64,000 nt of DNA from a virus (IMGVR_UViG_3300013121_000025:89653-153652); one strand, 5' to 3'; positions 30,801 through 40,504 are shown, counted from the first letter of the stretch. Notes: generated by a model not told the origin, from the letters alone. Made by a program: numbers and translations.

Positions 30801-31977
30801 CGAGCAACCAGTTTATAACTTTACAACTGAATATGTTGATACATTTAGTGATGAATATGCTGTTGCAATTTCTCAAGTACCACTAAGTGGTAATATGAAA
30901 TTCCATGATAAAACTGTTGGATCTAGAATGACAATTCAAAATAGTTTAAGTTCTGGTTATCAAATTGCAGGAGCATATGGAAATTCTGTGAGTGGGGCAA
31001 TTGAACCAAATGTAGTAATAAGTGATGTTCCGTTTCCTGCTACAACAACTGCTACTAATTATGGAGTCGCGTGTACAGTAAATGCTAACAGTATTACTGC
31101 TACAGGTCATCATTTTGAAGAAGGGGATCCAGTATATTTCACCTCCACAGATATTAACGTTGAAACAGGATTAGTAGCAGGAACTGTGTATTATGCTAAG
31201 AATGTAGCCTCTTCACCAATGACATTATCTGCTACTGCGAATGGCCCAGCGTTGTCCTATTCTGCAAGCACTGTGTCAGGTAGTGTTTTACGTGGATTAT
31301 ATCAAACATTGAAATTTAAAACCGTGTCTCCAGTTATTAATATTATACCAATGACAGGTATTGCGACAGCAGCTATTGCCACTTTGAATGTAGCTGTCAC
31401 AGCATCAAATAAATGGACCATGACTGGATGGGTTGTTAATGCTTCAAGTACTGATGATTATGATTTAGATAATGATATTATTTTTGTTCGTAGAAATACA
31501 TTAACTAATAAATTAGAAGCAGGAGTAATCCAATCTTCTGGTGTTCCACAAATGCTTGCTTATACGACAGGAACTGCAGGAACAGTCACAAGTGAATTGT
31601 TCATATCAGTATTCAATTCTTGTGGAGTTTATGATCAAACATTAAAATTACCAATGTTCAGATATCCTGTTGTTCATGTTGGTAATGAAGCATTCTCGCA
31701 AGGGGTGTTTGATCCTTTATTCAGAAGTGTTGAAGATTTAACAGCATCGACAGAGCGTGAAACTACAAATGGTCCTACAATATCATTCACAACACTTCCT
31801 CATACAATCGTATTAGATGGTAATACATTAACAACAAGTTCGATAAACAGAAGATGTTTAACATTACCAACAGCTGCAAATACTGTTAGTATTGCATCAG
31901 GATCAGGATTGTTGATTTTCCATCCAAATAATGAAGGTGATTCATTAACTGTAAATATATTATGTCTAAAGAAGTGA
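27895..31977 (+). CDS. Tail fibre/receptor-binding-like structural protein, paralogue A
   Basis: Thr/Ser-rich, 1360 aa, GGAG RBS; colinear similarity to the next ORF. Confidence 0.6.
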   Translation: MRNKFKGEIELTIRNIDDNSIVSSETIYNVCTDVLDLLVYNPKHSSLSIGLSNESYNPSTGAGVGGVFVHTSPLPFTNGKTWITKPLDGSTALNYASLYGRTSNSEYVDTIQRKVGPLTIKSIGLYGVVAPQTSDTRNIKNVLYAYRTLTNAVEVSSSQIVDIRYRIYLPVSYTGANISESLAEALFPTLWKQGTTSLLSATLTPFYWEDATTLRYKGNVFGNVCSINSIQGSAISKVSLSLLANVNTTGIGQAFRTSAVNMKYNSAYVPMMSNPLHTTGAELVSCIYAKKNTSLTPFTARPESIWMDGTSMVGTVTPIVDEAAYDASYGLDQLPRIVRLIVTNPSGNYKYHFKTRPFISFNGNTYKEDPITLGFTNNYLTAFSEDVVDQSTIPSFTIGTPSAALRTSLTDVVVQKISNKYAISLNQNEFAIHDVIKNDVYPVNMYTTNTDVTHSFANISKQRTVDTVNILSNKIECTSHDYSNGDTLWFDSDDTMPGGISKRTTYYVINATANDFQISTSSGGTAVTITSEGAGTITFQATHSFVQATEMFTATIVNEGISTPTEMFLIADKSTTVGGLYAVIIDDVTSIKIVPITTGGSPASFPNDGVRPIHGVYITVDTSIPTSPYSPSRSIWVAYRDGLTTDGGFLVTADVDSSPALDLSDELTWDSTTYTTVTVSNNVKTSLGGTTPTRTWANLHSIKVSPNQNYVAFLNANTAQITAGDNYYNHRTYSFNTSTSAVTMAGSKCTTGVVGSYDITNSYVLSTTDFAGDIGSVKRMTHGTSTITSTASIGTDSNLVLLRGETEDYVLNRTGYVKVSDLTVSSFATVNGNWSSTGTSMCKTAYLGNGLIFTMTSTSTLLSVIPNPNTASSNHGATGATLAEGVFEEFVWTTYAYDGSDWYVTSLNEPATANKKFLSAPSHDLIDGISVTFDQFGTTPTNYLATGGRYYDIYVCPGVIRDDLTDISIEQPVYNFTTEYVDTFSDEYAVAISQVPLSGNMKFHDKTVGSRMTIQNSLSSGYQIAGAYGNSVSGAIEPNVVISDVPFPATTTATNYGVACTVNANSITATGHHFEEGDPVYFTSTDINVETGLVAGTVYYAKNVASSPMTLSATANGPALSYSASTVSGSVLRGLYQTLKFKTVSPVINIIPMTGIATAAIATLNVAVTASNKWTMTGWVVNASSTDDYDLDNDIIFVRRNTLTNKLEAGVIQSSGVPQMLAYTTGTAGTVTSELFISVFNSCGVYDQTLKLPMFRYPVVHVGNEAFSQGVFDPLFRSVEDLTASTERETTNGPTISFTTLPHTIVLDGNTLTTSSINRRCLTLPTAANTVSIASGSGLLIFHPNNEGDSLTVNILCLKK

Positions 31978-31983
31978 TAACGC

Positions 31984-34900
31984 ATGAATATTAAATTCAA
32001 AGGTGAAGTACAAGTTGATATTTTCGAAGAGAAAAACAATGAAAGAGTGTTAGTTGACAGTAAAGTATATTATAACACTTGTACAGAGTCATTATTAACA
32101 ATGTGGTTCACAATGACTCTGTATAATTTATTTGATGCAGAGATTGCTCTTTCGACTGAAAAAATTAAAAGCGGACAAAAAGGCTTTACGTATTTAAAAT
32201 ATGTCAACGAAGCAGTTAGTGGAGGTAGTGGAGTAGGAGCTAACCCAGCTATTTTAAGTCAACTTGGAATTGATAACACTGGTACGCAGGTATCAGGGTT
32301 TCCTGTTGTAGTAGGAGATGAATATATAAGTTTCAAAACTATATTCACTGCTCCTACTGTTCAACGTACTATCCAAAATATATTGTTGATTAATAAAAAT
32401 ACTTTTACAGACATAAATGGATTTAAAGTATATGCGTATCTTGATCTTATCACACCGTGTTATCAAAATCCAGGACAGCAAGTTCAAGTAACTTATAATA
32501 TATACTTTCCGACTTCTATTCCAGCTGGTAATTATAACGAACGGTTGATTTCAACTGCTATTAAAAATCATACTAGTAATGTGTACAGAAAACGTAAATC
32601 GGGATCACAAGTATATGAGATTGGGCACACATTAAACATGGTTTCTCAATTCCAGAAGCCATTTAGTGAACGTAGATTATTTTCAGAACAAAATACAAAT
32701 TGCACTCAATCACCGACAGGAAAATATTTTCCTGCTTCGTACGTTGATAATAATGTAACATATGTAGAACCGATGGAAACTCCTATCAGTCTCACGTTTA
32801 ATGATCAAATTGGTAATTTTTATAGATCAGCACATATTCCAGCTGTGACAAGTTATTCAAATCATATTCCGATGTTACAACAATTATATTACACTTCAAC
32901 AGACGATGCTGTTAAGAGAGTTTTCCCAAAGACAAATGCGTCAACTCTTCCATTTATTGATCCTGAATCAGTATTAACAACACCGACTATGACAGCAACT
33001 TCAGATAATACATTTAATGCTGCTGATCCTTATAGTTTTCCACAAATTTATAAAGTGGAGATGTATAATGATGGATATAATTTTAAACAACGTAAAACTA
33101 CAGGATTGATTGAAAATACATATAAAGAACGGGCAATTGCATTAAATTACCCATCTGCAATAATGAATGCTAGTACGCCAGTACCAGATCCACAACAATA
33201 TATGTGGTATGAAACAAATTATTTAACAGATCAATCAAAACAATTTGTATTTGATCAAAACGCAACAAAGATTTATAGATTAAGCGATACAAAAGTATTG
33301 TTTCTAAAATCATCTGAAATGATGGTGTATGATGTAGTGGAAGACGATGCAATAATGATTAATTATTATTGCAGTAATGTTACAGGAATTGGTTTAACAC
33401 ATGAATTTCGTCAAGCAACTCCTATTTTCGAATCGGCAGCATCTCCACAAGGAACAATGACATTCCTTGTGGCTGACAAGTCTACAACAACAGGTGGCTT
33501 ATATGTTGTTGATATTTCTGATATAGAAGATATAACAGTGACTAAAATTACATCTGTTCCTGAATTAGATAATCCTATCCATGGTGTATATCTTCGTAAC
33601 GATGTTGTTTATGTTGCATACCGCACAGATACGTCAGCTAATGGTGGATTAATTAAAAGTACATCTGTCGGACCGTTATGGGATCCAAACGATTCTTTAA
33701 GTTGGGACACAAGTATTAACTTAGGTGGTACAAACGCAAGTATTCAAGGCGCGATTACGTCATGGGCAAATGTAAACACGATAAAAGTTTCAGAGAATGA
33801 AGATTTTATTGCATTTAGATCATCAGCTCATAATAATGTGTATGTATATGATATTTCTCTTGCAACTACTACTAATAAAGGAGCCTTAGCTTCTGGTGGT
33901 GCAGTTAATAATACTAAGTATGGAGTCGAACATTATTACGATGTAACTGATACATATGTTTATTACATTACAGGAAGTGCTTCAGGTAAAGCAGACACTC
34001 TTAAACGTGTAGAATTATCGGGGGCAACGGCTGAAACAGTTTTGTTAGGAACAGACGTTAACACAAACATACTTACAACTGTTAAAATCAATAGTGATTA
34101 TTATGTATTAAGTTCTTATAGAACAAGTTATGTCGAAGGAACGCCCCCAAGTCAAGTAACATACTATGATAATAATATTATTGCTGTTAATGTAAATTCA
34201 GGTTCACCATTAACCACAGATGATATAATTTCAGTTTCAACTAACAGCAGTGTATGGTATGAATTGAAAAATAGACAGGACATGTTTAAACATTCGACCC
34301 TTAATAGATTCGAATCGAATTCATTAATGTCAAATTTCCCAGTATATCTCGGAAATGGTTTAATATGTTCAATTAATCATGTTTACTATGGTACATTAGG
34401 TAGTACTATTAATGCAACAACGTTTGTTGTATCATATCTTCCATCGCCAAGCGAAGATCCAATGCATGGAATATTTGAAACAGAAATGTGGGATGAGTAC
34501 GGGTGGAACAGCGGTTGGGTATTAGATGATCCTAATCATAAAACAATTCATGCGACTTCAGAAGAATTAATTAATGGGATATATGTATCCTTCCCGGAGG
34601 ACGCAGGAGATTATGTTCCTGGTGTAGATGGAAAATATTATTTGATTTATGCCTGTGACGGTATATTTAAATTTAACCACCATAAAGTAACAATTCCACC
34701 ACCGAGAGTAATGTTATCTTCTGAGAATACTTATTCAACGACTACAACTATTCCATCAACTAATACATTTGTTGTTCGTGATTTAGAAGTTGGTTCTATT
34801 AGAACACGACCTTCAGCACCCAATACTACATGGTACAGAGATGGTAAAGGTACAGCAAACCCTGATACGTACATATGCGACATTCCGTTTGCTAATTACG

Positions 34901-35832
34901 GAGCTCCAACCGTTACATTTGATAATAGTAACAGTAGATTATTATGCACGGGACATCAATTTGAAGATCGTGATATCGTTAGAATTGTGTTAGGAACTGG
35001 AGCAACAATTCCAACAGGATTGAACACAACAACTGATTATTATATTCGTGTAATTGACGATAATTATATTACATTGACTACAAGTCAAGGCACATTAGTT
35101 ACGTTTACTACCAATGGATCTGGAACTATTAGTCTACAACCGAAATACATGACTTTGACTTGTAAACCATATGCTGATGTATTATCATTTAGTACTCCTA
35201 CATATTATGGTTTATCATTATCAACATTATATTGTTTGATAACTACTGATAAAAATACAGATAGATGGACCACTCAGATACAAGTTGGAGGAGATCCTAC
35301 TATTCCAGCCCCTGTAATTTCTTCAGTACAAAATTTAAAAGATGAAGGAGGAAACACGCTTTCGTTGTTTAAGTTTAAATATAACATATTTACATCACAA
35401 TTAGAGATTTATATTGTGAATGATTCAAGAGTAAGTGAAGCAAATCAAGTGGAAGTATTAGTAAGAACTATATCAATGCTCAGTTCACAATATTTAAAGA
35501 TCGAAAACGGTGGTGTGTATGATATGCGATTAACTATACCACATGTATCATCACATATTATTGTACCTGTTGGTGATTCGAATTTATTAACTGGTTTTTA
35601 TAATGAAAACTTCTTTAAAGTAACTACATGGAAATATACTGATAACTATATTAATATTGAACAACCTTCATCTCCACCAGAATTTTATCCATCAAATTTC
35701 TTATCGAGCACAGGCCCGTCTACATCCGTAACTTCAGCATATGTTGCTGCTGGTACAGGGTTAATATTCTTTAGTCTTGCTGATGCTGGTAAGGACGTTG
35801 AGATAAATTTAAATTGGGTGGAGACCTTTTGA
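31984..35832 (+). CDS. Tail fibre/receptor-binding-like structural protein, paralogue B
   Basis: Shares KFKGE, ADKSTT.GGLY, PIHGVY, WAN...IKVS, YLGNGLI with paralogue A. Confidence 0.6.
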   Translation: MNIKFKGEVQVDIFEEKNNERVLVDSKVYYNTCTESLLTMWFTMTLYNLFDAEIALSTEKIKSGQKGFTYLKYVNEAVSGGSGVGANPAILSQLGIDNTGTQVSGFPVVVGDEYISFKTIFTAPTVQRTIQNILLINKNTFTDINGFKVYAYLDLITPCYQNPGQQVQVTYNIYFPTSIPAGNYNERLISTAIKNHTSNVYRKRKSGSQVYEIGHTLNMVSQFQKPFSERRLFSEQNTNCTQSPTGKYFPASYVDNNVTYVEPMETPISLTFNDQIGNFYRSAHIPAVTSYSNHIPMLQQLYYTSTDDAVKRVFPKTNASTLPFIDPESVLTTPTMTATSDNTFNAADPYSFPQIYKVEMYNDGYNFKQRKTTGLIENTYKERAIALNYPSAIMNASTPVPDPQQYMWYETNYLTDQSKQFVFDQNATKIYRLSDTKVLFLKSSEMMVYDVVEDDAIMINYYCSNVTGIGLTHEFRQATPIFESAASPQGTMTFLVADKSTTTGGLYVVDISDIEDITVTKITSVPELDNPIHGVYLRNDVVYVAYRTDTSANGGLIKSTSVGPLWDPNDSLSWDTSINLGGTNASIQGAITSWANVNTIKVSENEDFIAFRSSAHNNVYVYDISLATTTNKGALASGGAVNNTKYGVEHYYDVTDTYVYYITGSASGKADTLKRVELSGATAETVLLGTDVNTNILTTVKINSDYYVLSSYRTSYVEGTPPSQVTYYDNNIIAVNVNSGSPLTTDDIISVSTNSSVWYELKNRQDMFKHSTLNRFESNSLMSNFPVYLGNGLICSINHVYYGTLGSTINATTFVVSYLPSPSEDPMHGIFETEMWDEYGWNSGWVLDDPNHKTIHATSEELINGIYVSFPEDAGDYVPGVDGKYYLIYACDGIFKFNHHKVTIPPPRVMLSSENTYSTTTTIPSTNTFVVRDLEVGSIRTRPSAPNTTWYRDGKGTANPDTYICDIPFANYGAPTVTFDNSNSRLLCTGHQFEDRDIVRIVLGTGATIPTGLNTTTDYYIRVIDDNYITLTTSQGTLVTFTTNGSGTISLQPKYMTLTCKPYADVLSFSTPTYYGLSLSTLYCLITTDKNTDRWTTQIQVGGDPTIPAPVISSVQNLKDEGGNTLSLFKFKYNIFTSQLEIYIVNDSRVSEANQVEVLVRTISMLSSQYLKIENGGVYDMRLTIPHVSSHIIVPVGDSNLLTGFYNENFFKVTTWKYTDNYINIEQPSSPPEFYPSNFLSSTGPSTSVTSAYVAAGTGLIFFSLADAGKDVEINLNWVETF

Positions 35833-35839
35833 GTAAATA
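35833..35839 (+). promoter_or_regulatory. T4-type late promoter
   Basis: GTAAATA 24 nt upstream of ATG 35864. Confidence 0.55.
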
Positions 35840-35863
35840 TAATATCAGTGGAGTAAAATAGTC

Positions 35864-36088
35864 ATGAGTGAGTATAAGACATCTGATATTGTTTTAGCAG
35901 CCTCCCTTAAAATCAAAGGTTACGATTTGTCGAGAATCGATTTAGATGGGAACAAAGGGATATTTGTGTTTAACGATGTCGATCAAACATTTTTGTTAGA
36001 TTTCGACTTAGGTAAAATAACTGTTGAGCCTGTATCTTTTAATAATACAATTAGACAATTAACAACGAGTGTTAGACGATTAATATGA
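35864..36088 (+). CDS. Small conserved protein (DUF5659-like)
   Basis: YKTSDIVLAASL...G...FVF pattern; GGAG RBS. Confidence 0.55.
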   Translation: MSEYKTSDIVLAASLKIKGYDLSRIDLDGNKGIFVFNDVDQTFLLDFDLGKITVEPVSFNNTIRQLTTSVRRLI

Positions 36089-37086
36089 AAATTAATAAGA
36101 CATACAATGATAAACCTAGTGTTACCGTATCAGGTCATGTTACAGCACATGACGATTTAGGTAATCTCTTGTTAGATGACCACAATGACATTCATCCAAG
36201 AAACTTCGCACGAATTTTCGCAAGAGCATTAGCCGGGGAACAAAATTCTTCTGTATATAGAATGGCTTTTGGTAATGGTGGCACTACTACAGATGCATTG
36301 TATACTATTACATACAAAACTCCTAACACTGGCGAAGATCCTGATACAACACGTTGGGCATCAAGATTGTATAACGAAATTTATAGTAAGACAATTTCAG
36401 ATATTTCAAGCATGGTTAATTCATCCAACCCACTTGAATCCAAAGTTGTCATTACAGTTACATTAGAAAATGATGAACCTCGTTCACAGTCACAAACAGA
36501 TAACTTACCTCCGTCACAAATTCCATCAGAACCTGTAGTTATTGATGAGATTGGATTATATACATCTGGTGCACCAAATTTAGCTACTAATGGCACATTA
36601 CAAATTAATTTTAACACTCCGACATTAACAGAAGATGATGTAATTGTTGGAGTCACATCATTGGCAAATTCATTTGATGTTAATGTAGACTCTGAAACAC
36701 CGTCATTTATTACAGTAACAGCTACAATTGTTGGTCCAGTAACAATAACCTATGGTAATTTAATTGATGAATTGAATAATCAATTTACTAATAACGAATT
36801 ACCTATTACTGCTTCATTTGAGAACGGTAGTATTATTTTAACAAATAATACATATGGTAGTACATCAATAATTGAAATAGATAATGATGAATTGTTTAAT
36901 GTATTGCCTGCTTATATTGAAACATTGGATCCTGTTCCAGGTGAAGATGCTGGAGTCGAAGACAATTCGAGCGATCAATCATTAGAACGTGAACGTTTAT
37001 TGACTCATATTATATTTTCACCAATATTAAAATCATCAAACAGAACAATTATTATTAATTATACATTGACTATAAGCGTCGAATAA
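36085..37086 (+). CDS. Virion structural (baseplate/fibre-associated) protein
   Basis: NDIHPRN, MAFGNGG, DEIGLY, LLTHIIFSPILKSSNR. Confidence 0.65.
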   Translation: MKINKTYNDKPSVTVSGHVTAHDDLGNLLLDDHNDIHPRNFARIFARALAGEQNSSVYRMAFGNGGTTTDALYTITYKTPNTGEDPDTTRWASRLYNEIYSKTISDISSMVNSSNPLESKVVITVTLENDEPRSQSQTDNLPPSQIPSEPVVIDEIGLYTSGAPNLATNGTLQINFNTPTLTEDDVIVGVTSLANSFDVNVDSETPSFITVTATIVGPVTITYGNLIDELNNQFTNNELPITASFENGSIILTNNTYGSTSIIEIDNDELFNVLPAYIETLDPVPGEDAGVEDNSSDQSLERERLLTHIIFSPILKSSNRTIIINYTLTISVE

Positions 37087-37098
37087 AGTATACTAATA

Positions 37099-37105
37099 AT
37101 AAATA
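37099..37105 (+). promoter_or_regulatory. T4-type late promoter
   Basis: ATAAATA upstream of the NlpC/P60-like gene. Confidence 0.6.
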
Positions 37106-37138
37106 GTCATAAGCACAATTGTAGTAGTGGGGGTGTTT

Positions 37139-37669
37139 ATGGAAGAACGAATACCATATGAGCACGCTCGTGAACTCATTCAAAATGGTGATATAATTTT
37201 TATTCGTAATAAAGGATTATTTCATCATAAACTTATTACTTGGTTTACTAAATCTGATCACATCCACGTTGGAATAGCATTTTGGGCTACATTTGAGTGC
37301 GGACCTCATTTAATGATATCTGAGGCAAATGGAGGAGCACAACGTCGTATTGTTAATTTAAGTCACTATAAAGATCATTCTATGGATATTATTAAAGCTC
37401 CAAGACCATGGAACGAAATATCCTCGCGTGCTTTAGAAAGATTAGGGCAAGTACAATATAATTGGATTCAAGCAGGATATATTGGAGTAAGTGAACTATT
37501 TCAAAATACGTTCGGAATTAATATGCCTGATGTAGACATGCCTGGAGAGATTTGTTCAGAATTTGTTGCGAATGTTTTAGAATTACCATACAATCATATG
37601 AGTCCTGCAGCGTTATTTCGCCATCTTCATTATGATTTAAGTCACGAGATAAGAGTTAGAACACAATAA
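37139..37669 (+). CDS. Permuted papain-like NlpC/P60 (YiiX/YebB-like) hydrolase
   Basis: GDIIF...HVGI...Y...CSEFVA...SP order (His before Cys). ATG 37139 preferred over GTG 37127. Confidence 0.75.
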   Translation: MEERIPYEHARELIQNGDIIFIRNKGLFHHKLITWFTKSDHIHVGIAFWATFECGPHLMISEANGGAQRRIVNLSHYKDHSMDIIKAPRPWNEISSRALERLGQVQYNWIQAGYIGVSELFQNTFGINMPDVDMPGEICSEFVANVLELPYNHMSPAALFRHLHYDLSHEIRVRTQ

Positions 37670-37695
37670 AAAAGGGCGCTCATAGCGCCCTTTTT
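37668..37695. terminator. Bidirectional intrinsic terminator
   Basis: AAAAAAGGGCGCT-CAT-AGCGCCCTTTTT between convergent genes. Confidence 0.9.
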
Positions 37696-37706
37696 CTGCT
37701 TAGTTA

Positions 37707-38081
37707 TTAAGCACTATTTTGACCTGTTTGATCTACTAATGCTACTGCTAACCCACCACCAGCAATACCAAACTTAGGTTTGATAATTTGGCCAGACGGA
37801 GTAATCATTTTAACTAATTGATGGAAGTATACTAACGCATTCATTCCATTTCCGAGAGTGATTTGTGACATTAAATCCCAAAGTTCGTAATTCTTAGAAT
37901 TACGGTTGTTAATAATGTCAAACATTCTTGAAAGATCAATAGAATCAAGATCTTGTAATTTTACAAAGTAAATATTACCACGATGATCTTTTTTCATAAT
38001 TGCACATTCAACGAAAAGACCGTTTTGGTTTAAATCAATCCATTCAACGTGATTGTATTTTGATTTTTTTGTACTTACCAT
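37707..38081 (-). CDS. Hypothetical protein
   Basis: 124 aa, AGGAG RBS, CTAAATA late motif at 38110-38116. Confidence 0.75.
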   Translation of the reverse strand: MVSTKKSKYNHVEWIDLNQNGLFVECAIMKKDHRGNIYFVKLQDLDSIDLSRMFDIINNRNSKNYELWDLMSQITLGNGMNALVYFHQLVKMITPSGQIIKPKFGIAGGGLAVALVDQTGQNSA

Positions 38082-38143
38082 GATATAATCTCCTAATATG
38101 GTATAAAACTATTTAGGATATAAAAAAATAAGGATACCAATAG

Positions 38144-39325
38144 TTATGCTATTCTGTGTAGTCCAGAAGGATATGAGCCTGGTTTTGACGAAGTATTAAC
38201 AATTCTTCTATTCTGAGAGGCATTATAAGAGAAATGATACCATGTAGAAGGACCACCACGTGTCTCAAAAATAAACTGATCGTAACCAATGTCTTTTAAT
38301 AAAAAATCTCTTGCAAATATATATTTGCTATCTTTAGTCATTTTAATATTTGGACCTTCTTCTTGTGGTTCTGTTAGGAATTCAATATCAACAGCTTGAC
38401 CTTTACAATGTTGACTTACTCTTCCTGTATCTGTTAAAGCAAGATGTCTAAACCCTGAATTTATTCTCCAAGTATGATCAGGATATAAATCATACAAACG
38501 TTCTATTATATTAAGAGCAACTTGGCGAAGATTAAACACAATTTGCTGTTCTGTAAGATTTGCTTGAGCACGCACTGCATAATTACTAACCGCTGTGTTG
38601 GTTGTAACGTCTTTTAATTTTACATGAGGAGAAAGTTGAAAGTCCCCACTAAATGGTCCAACATGACTGAAAATATCATCATTGTCAGCAGGAATTTCAG
38701 CAGGTGGTGGATTTGTTACAGGAGGAGCAATTTCTATAGTAACAGGTTCTTGTGTTCCACCGATTGATCTACTCATAATTTGATATCGTGGTGGAGGAAC
38801 AACATTCGCAGGTGGTGGAGGATACACAAATAATCCCTGACTGTTATCTGAATCCTCATCATCAGTAAATGTTGTAGCAGCTAATAAGTATGACGCTCCT
38901 TCATTCACTTCGGGTACATATTCACGATAATCCTCAGCAATTTCAAATTCTGCAAGTTGTTGTTCTTCTATTGTACTAACAAATAATGCAGCATTTATTC
39001 CTTCATCAGCAAAAACATCAGGAGAACCAGTGATAGCATTCGACGGTCCTTCAGGGATTGGTGGTATAATAGTTATTAAGTGAGTGTTAATTTGATCTCC
39101 AGGAAACTTTCCTGTCAACGCTCGTGCAACACCTATACCACCTGCAAATACTGTTGCAGACGCTGTAAACACTGGCGTGGATTCTCCTGTGGGATGTTTT
39201 GCTGTGTCTCCCATGACTGCAATTGGAATATTATTAACAAACACTCCATTGGTTGTGGGTAATTGCTCCATTGTAGCACCACAAGTGAATGTATCTATTA
39301 CTGTTTTTCTAAGTATTTTTGGCAT
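38144..39325 (-). CDS. PAAR-like spike-tip domain fused to Zn peptidase M15 (peptidoglycan hydrolase)
   Basis: N-term VFVNNIPIAVMGD..H, ASATVFAGGIGVAR, GSPDVF; C-term INSGFR...SQHCKGQAVD...WYHFS. ATG 39325 preferred over TTG 39331; CTAAATA at 39358-39364. Confidence 0.8.
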   Translation of the reverse strand: MPKILRKTVIDTFTCGATMEQLPTTNGVFVNNIPIAVMGDTAKHPTGESTPVFTASATVFAGGIGVARALTGKFPGDQINTHLITIIPPIPEGPSNAITGSPDVFADEGINAALFVSTIEEQQLAEFEIAEDYREYVPEVNEGASYLLAATTFTDDEDSDNSQGLFVYPPPPANVVPPPRYQIMSRSIGGTQEPVTIEIAPPVTNPPPAEIPADNDDIFSHVGPFSGDFQLSPHVKLKDVTTNTAVSNYAVRAQANLTEQQIVFNLRQVALNIIERLYDLYPDHTWRINSGFRHLALTDTGRVSQHCKGQAVDIEFLTEPQEEGPNIKMTKDSKYIFARDFLLKDIGYDQFIFETRGGPSTWYHFSYNASQNRRIVNTSSKPGSYPSGLHRIA

Positions 39326-39374
39326 TTCCAACTCAATAAAATAAATATCAATATAAGTATTTAGAAGGTTTTAT

Positions 39375-39860
39375 ATGTCAAAAGATCACGAAGAACTAGA
39401 TTATGTTGAGAAAACAGTGAACACAGAAAGAATTAAAAGATTAGCGTGGGCAGAGCTATTTGATGCATGGCGGGTAATGCCACGTTTTCTTGTAACTATG
39501 TATATGGTATTAGTTGCCTATGTGGTAAAGTCGTTTTTTGAGGTTAAGACGTTTGCAAAAATTGAATGTGATGCTGCGTTATTCGAAAAATTAATCCAAC
39601 TAAATATTCCTATAGATCAAGTACAAGCTGTAGCATGTAGAGCTGTCGATGTTGTCGGTGGACCTACTACAACACATACTGTATTAGTAACTACTATATG
39701 TAGTTTATCTGCTGCAATTTTTGCTTTTTATACTAGCAGTGGTAGAGAATGGGCAAAAGGGGCAAAGCCTTGGCAATTTAGAAGTATAGACGATGACAAT
39801 AAAGTAGTTGATGAGCCAACACAACATTCGGTTGAGGAAAATATAGATGAAAGTAAATGA
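39375..39860 (+). CDS. Two-TM membrane protein (holin-like candidate)
   Basis: Hydrophobic segments FLVTMYMVLVAYVV and VLVTTICSLSAAIFAFY; ATAAATA at 39341-39347. Confidence 0.5.
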   Translation: MSKDHEELDYVEKTVNTERIKRLAWAELFDAWRVMPRFLVTMYMVLVAYVVKSFFEVKTFAKIECDAALFEKLIQLNIPIDQVQAVACRAVDVVGGPTTTHTVLVTTICSLSAAIFAFYTSSGREWAKGAKPWQFRSIDDDNKVVDEPTQHSVEENIDESK

Positions 39861-40485
39861 GGTGTTGATTTTTGAATCTGATAAAACAAATGAATATTAT
39901 CAGATTGCTCGGTATATTAACGAGATGTGTCAGCCATATCTTACAGAAATTGACTTTTCGCCTGAACACAATATTTTGTTTAGAGGGATGAAGAAAGTAC
40001 CAGAGATTATAAGTGTTGAGAAAACTAGGAAGGATAGACGTCCTACTGCTACTCCACAAGCAATCCACGAGTTATCAGACAATTACTTTTACGAGAAATT
40101 CGGAATTAAGCCAAGATCAGAAGGCACATTTGCAACTAGATCTTATGGTCAAGCGAAAGGGTTTGGAGTGCCTGCTGTAATATTTCCTGTAGGAGAATTT
40201 AAGTATGTTTGGTCTCCAAAGGTTGCAGACATGTATGGTATTTGGAGACAAGTACAATTTGAACAAATAACCAGATTGTATTCTGAAGGTAAAAAAGGGG
40301 CAGCTCAAGATATAGTAAACCAAATTTTAGATGCTAGAGGGTTTAGAACAGACGGATTACCGTTAGCAATGTCAAACCAAGTAGAGATTTCAATCATATG
40401 CGATGAGTATTTGGTATTAAATGAACATGCATTTTCCGCGATGGTCAAGTTGAATGTTTTCGAGGATGTTTTATATAATAAATAA
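39847..40485 (+). CDS. Hypothetical protein, ADP-ribosyltransferase-like family member 1
   Basis: LFRG...RSEGTFAT...A..FG...IFP...VEI pattern; function is inference. Confidence 0.45.
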   Translation: MKVNEVLIFESDKTNEYYQIARYINEMCQPYLTEIDFSPEHNILFRGMKKVPEIISVEKTRKDRRPTATPQAIHELSDNYFYEKFGIKPRSEGTFATRSYGQAKGFGVPAVIFPVGEFKYVWSPKVADMYGIWRQVQFEQITRLYSEGKKGAAQDIVNQILDARGFRTDGLPLAMSNQVEISIICDEYLVLNEHAFSAMVKLNVFEDVLYNK

Positions 40486-40504
40486 CTAAAAGTAATTATA
40501 TTAT

